DNA from: an uncultured Candidatus Rokubacteria bacterium
GTDB taxonomy: Bacteria; Methylomirabilota; Methylomirabilia; Rokubacteriales; DASRDR01
NCBI GenBank assembly: GCA_963826115.1
Contig: CAWGVS010000005.1
Coordinates: 288,001-352,000, forward strand
DNA length: 64,000 nt
Reading direction: 5' to 3'
The position numbers and the translations under genes are program-made. Position 1 is the first letter of the stretch, and every line of letters begins with the position of its first letter. The notes beneath the pieces were generated by a model that saw nothing but the letters and a program-made list of their open reading frames with translations, made no database searches and was not told where the DNA came from. Of the stretch, positions 29,025 through 38,100 are shown piece after piece.

Positions 29025-30530
29025 GTGACGCCCCCGTCGCGGTCGGAGGAGCGCGCCGCCCTCCAGCAGGAGCTCCGCGAGCTCCGCACCGTCAACGAGC
29101 TCATCCGGACGCTCACCTCGACGCTCGAGCTCCCGGAGATCCTCCGAATCGTCCTCGACCGGCTGAAGAACCTGACCCAGGCTGAGGCGCTGTCGCTGAT
29201 GCTGTACGACGCGGAGCGCGACGAGCTGGTGTTCGCCGCGACCGAAACGCTCCGCGAGAACGCGGCGGTCGGCCTTCGCCTGCCGCCGTCGCGGAGCCTT
29301 GCCAGCTGGGTGGCGCGGAGCGGCGAGAGCGCCATCGTCAACGACGTGGAGCACGACCCGCGCTTCTACCCCGAGATCGACCGGCTCACTCGCTTCACCA
29401 CGCGCAACCTCCTGGCGGTGCCGATCCTCCGGCAGGGCCGCCTGATCGGCGTCCTCGAGGTCGCCAACCGCTACGGTGGCATCGCCTTCGAGGAGGACGA
29501 CCGATTGCACCTCGAAGGGCTCGCGCGGGAGGTCGGGGAGGCGTGCGACCCCGACCGGCTCTGCCACGACGCGGACGCGATGAGGGACCTCCTGTCCCGG
29601 GCCGTCCGGACGGCCCCCAGCGAGGCCGCGGCCCTCCTGCTCCTCGATCCGTCCGGACGGGAGCTCGTGTTCCAGGCGTCGCGCGCCATCCAGCCCGGCA
29701 TGATCGACGGCCTCAGGCTGCCCACGACCCGCGGGATCGCGGGGTGGGTCGCGCGGCATCGCGAGGCTGTCCGGCTGGACGACGTTGCCGCCGATCCGCG
29801 GCATTTCGCGGGCGTCGGCACCCAGACGGGCCTCGTGCCGCGGACGATGATCTGCGTGCCGATGGTCAGCAAGGGCGAGCTGCGCGGCGTGATCCAGGTG
29901 ATCAACAAGGTCGACAACTCGACGTTCACGGAGACGGAGCTCGGCGTCGCCCAGACGCTCGCCGACCACGCGGCGATCGCGATCGAGAACGCGTCGCTCT
30001 ACCGACAGGCGTACCTGGCGTCGATCACGGACGACCTGACCGGGCTCGGCAACACCCGGCACTTCCATCGGAGCCTCGCGGAGGTCATGGCGCGCGCCCG
30101 GTCGGTCTCGCTCGCCGTGCTCGACCTCGACAACTTCAAGGCGGTGGTCGACCGGTGGGGACATCTCGCGGGCTCTCGGGCGATTGCGCAGATCGGCCGC
30201 ACGATCGGCGCGCTGGTCCGGCCCGGCGACGTCGCGGCCCGCTTCGGCGGCGACGAGTTCGTGATCGTCCTCCCCGAGACGGACGTCGCCGAGGCGCAGC
30301 GGGTCGCGGAGTCGATCCGCAAGGCCATCGAGGCTTGCCAGACCCTCGAGGGGGAGGACGTCGATCTCTCCCGGGTCACGGCAAGCGTGGGTGTCGCCTC
30401 GTTCCCGGCGCACGCGGCCGACGGCGAGAGCCTGTTCCGGCAGGCGGACGCCGCCATGTACACGGCCAAGCGGCAGGGCAAGAACCGGGTGACGGTCGCC
30501 CCGCCCCCGGAGGCCGCCACCGGGGCCTGA
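29025..30530 (+). CDS. Diguanylate cyclase with two tandem GAF domains
   Basis: Two GAF repeats (...NDVEHDPRF / DDVAADPRHF...), DDLTGLGN, DLDNFK, RPGD I-site, GGDEF; start uncertain. Confidence 0.92.
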   Translation: MTPPSRSEERAALQQELRELRTVNELIRTLTSTLELPEILRIVLDRLKNLTQAEALSLMLYDAERDELVFAATETLRENAAVGLRLPPSRSLASWVARSGESAIVNDVEHDPRFYPEIDRLTRFTTRNLLAVPILRQGRLIGVLEVANRYGGIAFEEDDRLHLEGLAREVGEACDPDRLCHDADAMRDLLSRAVRTAPSEAAALLLLDPSGRELVFQASRAIQPGMIDGLRLPTTRGIAGWVARHREAVRLDDVAADPRHFAGVGTQTGLVPRTMICVPMVSKGELRGVIQVINKVDNSTFTETELGVAQTLADHAAIAIENASLYRQAYLASITDDLTGLGNTRHFHRSLAEVMARARSVSLAVLDLDNFKAVVDRWGHLAGSRAIAQIGRTIGALVRPGDVAARFGGDEFVIVLPETDVAEAQRVAESIRKAIEACQTLEGEDVDLSRVTASVGVASFPAHAADGESLFRQADAAMYTAKRQGKNRVTVAPPPEAATGA

Positions 30531-30570
30531 GACCTCCGGCCACCTCACCCGGCCGCGCCGGGGCAGACCG

Positions 30571-30732
30571 TCAGCCGCCGTGATCGTGGGGCTGGGGCTG
30601 CGCCTGTCCGAGGGTCACCCTGAGGCAGCCGTAGCAGACCGGCGCCGCGCAGTCCGGGCTCTCGCAGAGCTCGCAGCACTCGACCTCGTCCCCGCACTCC
30701 GAGCACCGGTAGGCGAGGGGGCGATCGCTCAC
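30571..30732 (-). CDS. 53-aa Cys-rich mini-protein (8 Cys, C-terminal HDHGG)
   Basis: GGAGG SD, GTG 30732 overlapping the upstream stop (GTGA); MSDRPLAYRCSECGDEVECCELCESPDCAAPVCYGCLRVTLGQAQPQPHDHGG*. Confidence 0.75.
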   Translation of the reverse strand: MSDRPLAYRCSECGDEVECCELCESPDCAAPVCYGCLRVTLGQAQPQPHDHGG

Positions 30733-31457
30733 AACTTTCCTCCCGAGCCGGGCTCCGCGGGCCGCGCGTCCCCGAGCTCCCGCGCGACCCTGACCGCGTC
30801 CTGGCGGCGGAGCAGGCCGACCAGCCTCCCGTCCGACGTCGTGATCGGCACGCTCGTCAGGTCGTGCTCGGCCATGACTCTCGCCATCTCCTCGATCGAG
30901 ACGAACGGGCGGAACGTGCTGGGTCCCGGACGCATGGCGCGCTCGATCCGGAGGTCCGGCGCCGCTTCGAGCTCCGCGGCCCGCAGCAACCCCAGGACGA
31001 TCCGCTGGGCGTTGATCGCCACGCAGGCGTCCCAGCCGGCCGCACGCACCCGGGCGCGCACCTCGCCCAGCCGCTCGTCGAGCGAGCAGGTCGGGACGTC
31101 CGCTCGAGCCACGGTTCCCGCGCGAGGGCGGGCGGCATTGGCGCCCTCCGAGGGCAGTCCCGCCGCCAGCCAGTCGAGCTTGCCGGCGTCGTAGTCGTAG
31201 ACCCGCGTGAATCCGAAGCGCTCGAGCCGCCACGCGGCCCGTGAGCTGAGGTCTCAGGCCGAGTCCCAGCAGTAGACGACGATCGGTCGGCCGGGATCGA
31301 GCGCCTGGCGGGCCTCGGCCTCGAGCTTGCGAAGCGGCAGGCTCATGGCCCCTGGCAGATGGTCCTCTTCGTATTCCTTGGCGGGGAGGACCTCCACGAT
31401 CTGCGCGCCGGCGCGCATGAGCCGCCGGACCTCTTCTCGACCGATCGACTCCGGCAT
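30729..31457 (-). CDS. Rhodanese-CBS fusion protein with in-frame UGA (candidate selenocysteine at residue 68)
   Basis: One frame of 243 codons; HLPGA, VVYCWDSA-UGA-DLSSRAAWRLERFGFTRVYDYDAGKLDW completes the rhodanese fold, followed by a CBS pair; GGAGG SD. Confidence 0.8.
31220..31246 (-). promoter_or_regulatory. Bacterial SECIS-like stem-loop 3' of the UGA
   Basis: mRNA GCUC-AC-GGGCCGC-GUG-GCGGCUC-GAGC, from +8 to +34 after UGA; apical loop starts with GU at +21. Confidence 0.6.
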
Positions 31458-31521
31458 GATGGTCGCCTCCTCCCAGACGCGCTGGGTCGCTCGAGGAGCC
31501 TTGCCGCTCAGCGTAGCCCGG

Positions 31522-32974
31522 TCAGCGCCACTCGGGGTAGGTCTGGGGCGCGAGCTCGTCCGCGCCCCGGCCCGCCCAGTCGAACTCGCGCATCCGGGGC
31601 CACATGCGCTCGCCGCCGGCCTGGAGCGCGTCGAGGATCGCGCGCTCGTCGGCGGCCAGGACGCGGCCGCCGTCCACCACGACGCGCCCGTCGACCCAGA
31701 CGCGGTCCACGTCCTCGGCGGTCGCGTTGTAGACGAGGTTCTTCACCGGGTCGCGGAGCGGCGTCATGCCGAAGGAGCGGCCCTTCCAGAGGACCAGGTC
31801 GGCCCTCGCGCCCGGCGGCGATGCGGCCGAGGTCGTCCCGGCCCAGCGCGCGCGCCCCGCCGAGGGTGGCCGCGTCGAAGACGTGGGCCGCGGTCGTGGC
31901 CTGGGTGTTGCGCTCCATCGTCTTCGACAGGACCGCCGCCCAGCGCATCGCCTCGATCACGCTCTGCGGGTTGGTGTCGGTCCCGAGCGACATGTTCACG
32001 CCGGCGTCGCGATAGCGAGCGAAGGACTCCATCGGCACGCCGCGGCGCGCGAAGACCCAGACGGCGTGGGCCACGCTGCAGCCCGCGTCCCCCATGATCC
32101 GGATGTCGCCGGCGGGGTGGTTCGCCCAGGACGAGCCCCCGACGATGATCGCGTGGCCGAGGATCGTGCTGGGGCCGAGGAAGCCCAGCTCGGCGAGCCA
32201 GGCGACCGGCGTCTTTCCGTGGCGCTGCAGCATCTCCTGGAACTCGATCACCGACTGGGAGGCGTGGAGCGTGATCGGGCAGCGCCGCTCGTCGGCGGCC
32301 TGCCTGGCCGCGCGCAGGAGCTCGGGCGTGCACGTGTCCACCTGGGCCGGGGCGAGGCAGCAGCGGACGAGCCCGCCGTGAGCCCCGTCCAGACGATCGT
32401 GGAGGGCGAGCGCGCGGGCGAGGCCCTGGCGGCCGCGCTCCTCGTCCCACTCCCAGTGGACCCGCCGGCCGTCCCGCGTGAGCCAGCGCCCGGAGCGGAA
32501 CGAGAGGCCGAAGTAGACGCGGAGGCCGTAGTGGCCCGCGCGCTCGGCGACGTGCTCGCCGAGCTGGCCGATCTCCAGCACGGTGGTGACGCCGCCCCGC
32601 AGCAGCTCGGCCATCGAGAAGTCGACGCACGCGCGGCTCGCCGCGTCGTCCTGCGCCCCGTCGCGCACCGGCAGGGTCTCGAAGAGGCCCGAGTAGTAGA
32701 ACTGGGCCCGCCCGGTGTCCTCGATGAAGGAGCGGTCGAGCGGGGACCCCGCGATGTGGGCGTGCGTGGAGATGAGCCCCGGGGTGAGGACGCGGTCCGG
32801 CGCGTCGACCGTCTCGTCGACGGGGCCCGTGAGCCGCGCGTCCCCGCGGGGCCCGACGTGCGCGACGCGGCCGCCCTCGAGCAGGACCGCCCCGTCCCGC
32901 AGGAGGCGGTGGCCCTGGCCGTCGAAGGCGATGACGTGACCGGCGCGGATCAGGGTGCGGCGCGGAGTGCTCAT
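31522..32974 (-). pseudogene. Amidohydrolase (chlorohydrolase/MTA-SAH deaminase-like) with a 1-nt frameshift near 31818
   Basis: PGLISTHAH, LHASQS, LGTD motifs; LGRIA continues as PGARADLVLWKG...MTPLRDPVKNLVY in another frame; may be a sequencing error. Confidence 0.8.
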
Positions 32975-35349
32975 GGGAGGTCTCCCTGGTCGAAGAGGCC
33001 CAGCTGGCGTCCCTCGGGCCGGTGGATCCCGGCGATCGTGTCGAAGTCGGGGGCGCCCAGGAAGTGAAGCAGCGCGTCGGCAATGGGCCGGAGCTGCTGC
33101 GTGACGTAGTGCTCGTAGTCGGGCGGCGCGGTCGTCTCGCCGACGGCCTCGGGGCCCGCGGTGGTGACGACGTAGGTGACGATGCGGCCGGGCCCGCCCG
33201 CCTGCTTCCGCGCGGCCTTCACGTGGGGCGGCGTGGTCTTCGTGTAGGACTCGAGCGGCTTCCGGATCGCCTTCCGGTAGGCGAGCTCGTCGTCGAAGCG
33301 CCCGGCCCGGAGCTCGGCGACGAAGTCGCGGACGAACGGCTCGACCGGCTCGTCGTGGAACGCGCGCTGGAGGAGCTCCCGCTGGAAGCGCCGCGCGACG
33401 CCGCTCCAGTCCCGGCGCACGGCCTCCAGGCCCACCAGCTCGAGCGTCTCGCCCCGGGGCCCGTCGACCAGCCCCGCGTAGCGCTTCTTGCTGCCCGTCG
33501 CGCCGCCGCGGACCTCGGGCATCCAGAAGCGGACGTAGACCTTCTCGAACTCGAGCTCGAGCCAGCTCCGGACGCCGAACTCGGCGCGGAGCGAATCGGC
33601 GACATGGGCGCCGATGGTTTCGCGGAGGCTCTCTGCGCGCTTGACGGCGGCGGCGGGGTTGACCTCGCCCGCGTCGACGAAGAGGGAGTCGGTATCCCCG
33701 TAGATCACGCGGTGGCCCGCCTGCTCGACGGCGGCCGCCGCCAGGCGGATCACGTGCTGGCCGGCCATCGTGATGGCGTTCGCGACGGCGGGCGAGAAGA
33801 GCCGGGAGGCCGAGGCCCCGAGGACCCCGAAGAGCGAGTTCATGAGGATCTTCGTCGCCTGGGCGCCCACGGGGTCGCCCTCGGCGCGGGCGCGAGCCCG
33901 CTCCTCCCAGAGGCGCGCGACCAGGTCGGGGAGGATGCCCGGCTCGTCGGCGCGGAACCGAGCGGGGCTGGGCGTCCGCACGAGCGGCCGGTCGGCCGTC
34001 TCGCGGGCGGGGACGACGTGCGTCAGCGGGTCGATGTTGAACGTCCGGATCAGGCTGGGATACAGACTCTTGAAGTCGAAGACCAGGATGTTCCGGTACA
34101 GGCCCGGGATCGAGTCGAGGACGAGGCCGCCCGCGATCGTCGTCCCCTCGCCGTCCTCGAAGTGGACCGACGGCGCGACGCGCCCGCGCGCCCGGAGCTC
34201 GGCCAGATAGAGCGAGTCCACCGCCGCGATCTGGGCGCCGACCCGGTCGATCTGCATCCCGGTGAGGAGACTCCGACGCACGGTCAGCTCGACGAGCCCC
34301 GTGTGTCGGAGGATCTCCACGACGAGCCGCGCGTCGTTCAGGTTGTACGCGGCGAGCCGCTCGGGGTCGTCTCGCCACGCGGCCTCGATCTCCCGGCCGC
34401 GGTGCTCCGCGGCGAAGAGCTTCCCCTTGCCGAGGATCGCCTGGGCCGCCGTGTCGAGCCGGTAGTCGTCCAGCTTGACGAAGGCGCTCCGGAGGAGCGC
34501 GAGGCCGTCGAGGACCTGCCGCCCCGACAGGATCACCCGCGGATCGCGGGTGAAGCCGAGGTCGCGGCGCACCTCGGCCTCCTCGTCGGTGCGCCCGAGC
34601 GTCAGCCGGAGGCCCGTGCGGCGGGCCACTCGCTGGAGGACCGTGACGTCGAAGTCGCCGATGTTCCAGCCGGTCAGGACATCCGGGTCGGTGGCGCGAA
34701 GGTGCTCGAGAAACGCCTCGACGCATGCGCGCTCGTTCGGCACGAGTGCGCCGGTGGCGCCCTCGGGCAGGCCGGCCAGGGGCCCGATTTCGCCCGGCCG
34801 GACCATCCACACCCGCTCGCCACCATGGCCCGCCACGGCGATCGAGTAGAGAAAGCGGCCGTCCAGGCTCGTCTCGATGTCGAAGGAGAGGACCCGAAGC
34901 GTCGGCACGAAGGTGGCTGGCTCGAGGCGCGGATTCCGGTAGACGCGCCCCACGCCCGGGCGGCGCTCGAACGGCCCGTCGACGGCGAACGCACCGCGGA
35001 TCCCGTAGTCGATGAGGAAGCGGTACGCGAAGCGCACGTCGGCCTCGAAGCACTGCGCGCCGGCTTCCTGAAGGCGCGCGCGAAGCGGCGGCACCTCGCC
35101 GGGGAGGTCGACCTCGACACGGAGGACGGGCTCGTCGGCGAAGGTGAGGTATGGCGTGTCGGCCACGCGCGCGGCGGGGGCCACCCGGCGCAGGGCGTCC
35201 CGATCGGTCGCGCGGACGAAGAAATAGGGGGCAAAGCGGTCGTCGACGACGAGCGCGGCCTCGCCGTTCTCGAGGACGGCGTGGAGGTGGACCTCCGCGC
35301 GCTCGCGGGCGACGCGGTAGGTCGGGGTGAGGAGGAACCCTCGGGTCAG
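32971..35349 (-). CDS. polB: DNA polymerase II (family B)
   Basis: SFDIET exonuclease, FDFKSLYPS, KILMNSLFG, YGDTDS, KKRYAG; the frame stays open and PolB-like (RGFLLTPTYR...PYFFV) upstream of GTG 35184, so the start is uncertain (CTG 35349 or 35373). Confidence 0.92.
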   Translation of the reverse strand: MTRGFLLTPTYRVARERAEVHLHAVLENGEAALVVDDRFAPYFFVRATDRDALRRVAPAARVADTPYLTFADEPVLRVEVDLPGEVPPLRARLQEAGAQCFEADVRFAYRFLIDYGIRGAFAVDGPFERRPGVGRVYRNPRLEPATFVPTLRVLSFDIETSLDGRFLYSIAVAGHGGERVWMVRPGEIGPLAGLPEGATGALVPNERACVEAFLEHLRATDPDVLTGWNIGDFDVTVLQRVARRTGLRLTLGRTDEEAEVRRDLGFTRDPRVILSGRQVLDGLALLRSAFVKLDDYRLDTAAQAILGKGKLFAAEHRGREIEAAWRDDPERLAAYNLNDARLVVEILRHTGLVELTVRRSLLTGMQIDRVGAQIAAVDSLYLAELRARGRVAPSVHFEDGEGTTIAGGLVLDSIPGLYRNILVFDFKSLYPSLIRTFNIDPLTHVVPARETADRPLVRTPSPARFRADEPGILPDLVARLWEERARARAEGDPVGAQATKILMNSLFGVLGASASRLFSPAVANAITMAGQHVIRLAAAAVEQAGHRVIYGDTDSLFVDAGEVNPAAAVKRAESLRETIGAHVADSLRAEFGVRSWLELEFEKVYVRFWMPEVRGGATGSKKRYAGLVDGPRGETLELVGLEAVRRDWSGVARRFQRELLQRAFHDEPVEPFVRDFVAELRAGRFDDELAYRKAIRKPLESYTKTTPPHVKAARKQAGGPGRIVTYVVTTAGPEAVGETTAPPDYEHYVTQQLRPIADALLHFLGAPDFDTIAGIHRPEGRQLGLFDQGDLP

Positions 35350-35374
35350 ACCGGGCGTCCCGGCTCGACTCAGC

Positions 35375-36004
35375 TCAGCGCGGACCGGGCTCCGGCATCA
35401 GCTGGGCGACGGCACGGGCCAGGGCGTCGTCCTCCGCGGAGAGCGCGGCGCGAACGCGCGCCTGGTCCTCGGCGGGCCGGTTCTGGCTGAGCTTGGCCTT
35501 GCCCTCGAGGCGGTCGATCGGGATCTCGAAGGCGACGATCCCGCGCATCATCCCGTCCAGATACTTGTCCGTCAGCTCGCCCATGCGCCAGGGAGTCGGC
35601 CGGCCGTCCTCGAACGTGCTGACCAGTCGCTCGAGGACCGCGCGCACCCGGCCCGGGTCCTCGACGACTCGGGGGACGCCGTAGGCGTGGACCGCGACGT
35701 AGTTCCACGTCGGCACGCTGGGGTGCTGGCCGTACCACGACGGCGACACGTACGCGTGGGCCCCCGGGAAGACGACCAGCACGGGCCGGTCCGGGGCGAA
35801 GAGCTGCCACTGCGGGTTCTGGCGGGCCACGTGCGCGAGAAGCGTGCCGAAGGGCGCCGGCGTCTCGTCCAGGAGGACGGGCAGGTGCGTCGCGAACGGC
35901 GCGCCGGTGTCGTCGACGCCAACCAGGACCGCGAAGGGCTCCCGGCGCATGTGCGCGTGGCACCACGCGACATCCGGCGCGGCGAAGTGCTTCGGGACGT
36001 ACAT
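35375..36004 (-). CDS. FMN-binding split-barrel protein, PaiB family
   Basis: MYVPKHF, ATHLP, HVARQNPQW, HAYVSPSWY, VPTWNY, KAKLSQNR. Confidence 0.92.
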   Translation of the reverse strand: MYVPKHFAAPDVAWCHAHMRREPFAVLVGVDDTGAPFATHLPVLLDETPAPFGTLLAHVARQNPQWQLFAPDRPVLVVFPGAHAYVSPSWYGQHPSVPTWNYVAVHAYGVPRVVEDPGRVRAVLERLVSTFEDGRPTPWRMGELTDKYLDGMMRGIVAFEIPIDRLEGKAKLSQNRPAEDQARVRAALSAEDDALARAVAQLMPEPGPR

Positions 36005-36082
36005 GGCCCTTATCCTACCGGTCGCGGGCCGCGTGTACAGGGCCGCCGGCGGTCGCCGGCGAGGGGCCATTTCCCCGGCGGC

Positions 36083-36640
36083 TCACCACCACCGCACGCG
36101 GCCGACGTCGACGTGGATGAAGTTCGAGGCGGGGTAGTACCCGACGCCGCCGAGCCGGAGCGCGAGCGCGGTATCCCGCAGGACCCTCAGGGGACGGTCG
36201 GGGACCCGTACGTCGATCGCCATCGCGCGCATGTGGAGGCTCACGCGCGAGACCCCGTGCCCCTCGCGCGCGAGCTTCGCGTTGGTGACCGGGGACCGGT
36301 AGCCGGAGACGACCTCGAAGGGCTCCTCGGTGTCGAGCTCGGTGCGGAGCCGCCACAGGAGGTCCAGGAGCCGCCGGTCGACCGGCCGCGCCTCGCCGGT
36401 CCGGAAGTCCCGTAGCACCCAGTCGATCTCCCGGAGGGCCCCGGCGTCGACCTGCCCGTCCGCGCGGTACACGACGTCCACCGACTCGCCGGTGTGGAGG
36501 TTCCGGAACGCGAGCGCCCGCGGCTCGTCCGGCCGCTCGTTGCCGGCCGCATGACGTGTCCAGGGCAGGGCCACCGCCATCGCGGCGAGGCGCAGCACGG
36601 CTCGGCGGTCCGGGCGGGACGGGTCGGGGGGCCGCCTCAC
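36083..36640 (-). CDS. YcbK/MepK (DUF882) M15 family peptidoglycan peptidase
   Basis: NLHTGE, LRDFRTGE, SGYRSPVTN, SLHMRAMAID, GVGYY, FIHVDVG; GTGA overlap with the upstream gene. Confidence 0.9.
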   Translation of the reverse strand: MRRPPDPSRPDRRAVLRLAAMAVALPWTRHAAGNERPDEPRALAFRNLHTGESVDVVYRADGQVDAGALREIDWVLRDFRTGEARPVDRRLLDLLWRLRTELDTEEPFEVVSGYRSPVTNAKLAREGHGVSRVSLHMRAMAIDVRVPDRPLRVLRDTALALRLGGVGYYPASNFIHVDVGRVRWW

Positions 36641-38100
36641 CGGCGGAGGCTCGAGCCCGCGGAGCGGGCAGGGGGCGGCGCGGCGGCGGGGGTCGCGCCG
36701 CGCGGGGCGGGCGCCTGCGCGCGGGCCAGGGCGGCGGCCACGCGGTCGTCTCGGTCGTAGGGGTCGTCCCGCACCTGGAGGCGGCCCTCCTCGTCGACGA
36801 ACGCCGTCCAGTAGAGGAGGTACACGGGCAGGGGGCGCTGGACGGTCACGACGCTGGTGCCGCCCGCCAGCGCACGCTCGACGGCGTCGGGCCGCCCCGC
36901 CGTCTGGCCGGCCAGGACGTGCGCGACCAGCTCGCGCGCCTGCTCCACGCGGACGCAGCCGTGGCTCAGCGCGCGATCGGTTCGCGCGAAGAGCTCCGGC
37001 AACGGCGTGTCGTGGAGGTAGACGTCGAAGCGGTTCGGGGTGGCGAAGCGGATCCGGCCCAGCGGGTTCCAGCCGCCGGGACGCTGCTGGAGGCGGAACG
37101 GGAAGCGCTCCGCCGAGACGGCGGCCCAGTCGACGGCGAGCCCGTACGGGTCCTCGCGGCGGTCCAGGATGACGATGTCGTTGTCGGCGAGGAAGCGGGC
37201 ATTCGCGCGGAGCTTCGGCAGGAACTCGTCGACGGCGATGCTGGTCGGCACCGTCCAGGGGGGATTGAACACGATCGCCCCGACCTCGGAACGGACCACC
37301 GGCGTCGGGTGGAGCTCGTCCCCGACCACGACGCGCGACGCCAGGCGGACCCGCCCGTCCTCGACGAGCGCGAGCGTGGCGTCCGCCGCATTGACGACGA
37401 CGCGCCGGGACTCGAGCTGACGGGGGAGCCACCGCCAGCGCTCCAGGTTCACGGCGATCTGGCGCGCCCGCGGGTCGGGCCGGCCCGCCGCGGCGTGGAG
37501 CGTCCGGAGCGCCGTCACCAGCCGGGCGTAGCCCTCGTGGGGCGGGGGCAGCGCGTCGAGCCACGCGGCCAGCGTCCCGCCCTCGACCGCCTCCACGAGC
37601 TCGCGCACGGGGTCCTCGCGCTCGGGCGCCGGGATGCCCCAGTCCGGCTGCACCGCCGTGGGGCGCAGACGGCCGGCCCGGACGTCCACGGCGTAGCGCA
37701 ACACGGCGTCGCTGAGGAGCAGCTCGCGCTGCACGGCCATCGCCGGCGTCGTCGGCTCCGCGCGGCGCCGGAGCGCGGCCAGCCCGTAGTGGGTCGGCGT
37801 GAGGCCGTGGTCCCGGGCCCCGGCCAGGGCCTCCAGCGCGAGCGCCGCGCGGGCGATCCCGCCCGGATCCGGCCCCCAGATCGGCTCGTGCGCGATCGCG
37901 CCGTAGAGCTGCCGGAGGACGCCGGTCCGGAGCGCCTGGCCGTCGACCCGGAGCATGGACCCCGACTCCAGCGCGGCGCTCAGCTCGCCCGGCGTCGGGC
38001 CGTCGTCCGCCCGGGCGACGGCGGCCAGGAGGGCGAGGCTCGCGACGACCATGGCCGTCGCGCCGCGCATGTAGCGCCGGGCCCGCGAGGTCGCGGTCAT
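36637..38100 (-). CDS. L,D-transpeptidase, YcbB/LdtD-like
   Basis: NLERWRWLP, NPPWTVP, QRPGGWNPLG, VYLHDTP, SHGCVRV catalytic motif; paired with ycbK as in the ycbB-ycbK locus. Confidence 0.9.
   Translation of the reverse strand: MTATSRARRYMRGATAMVVASLALLAAVARADDGPTPGELSAALESGSMLRVDGQALRTGVLRQLYGAIAHEPIWGPDPGGIARAALALEALAGARDHGLTPTHYGLAALRRRAEPTTPAMAVQRELLLSDAVLRYAVDVRAGRLRPTAVQPDWGIPAPEREDPVRELVEAVEGGTLAAWLDALPPPHEGYARLVTALRTLHAAAGRPDPRARQIAVNLERWRWLPRQLESRRVVVNAADATLALVEDGRVRLASRVVVGDELHPTPVVRSEVGAIVFNPPWTVPTSIAVDEFLPKLRANARFLADNDIVILDRREDPYGLAVDWAAVSAERFPFRLQQRPGGWNPLGRIRFATPNRFDVYLHDTPLPELFARTDRALSHGCVRVEQARELVAHVLAGQTAGRPDAVERALAGGTSVVTVQRPLPVYLLYWTAFVDEEGRLQVRDDPYDRDDRVAAALARAQAPAPRGATPAAAPPPARSAGSSLRR

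Noticed and set aside
32971-35349. Family B polymerase as a sign of a prophage, casposon or other mobile element
   Set aside because: It resembles cellular DNA Pol II, and there are no integrase, cas1, capsid genes or terminal repeats nearby
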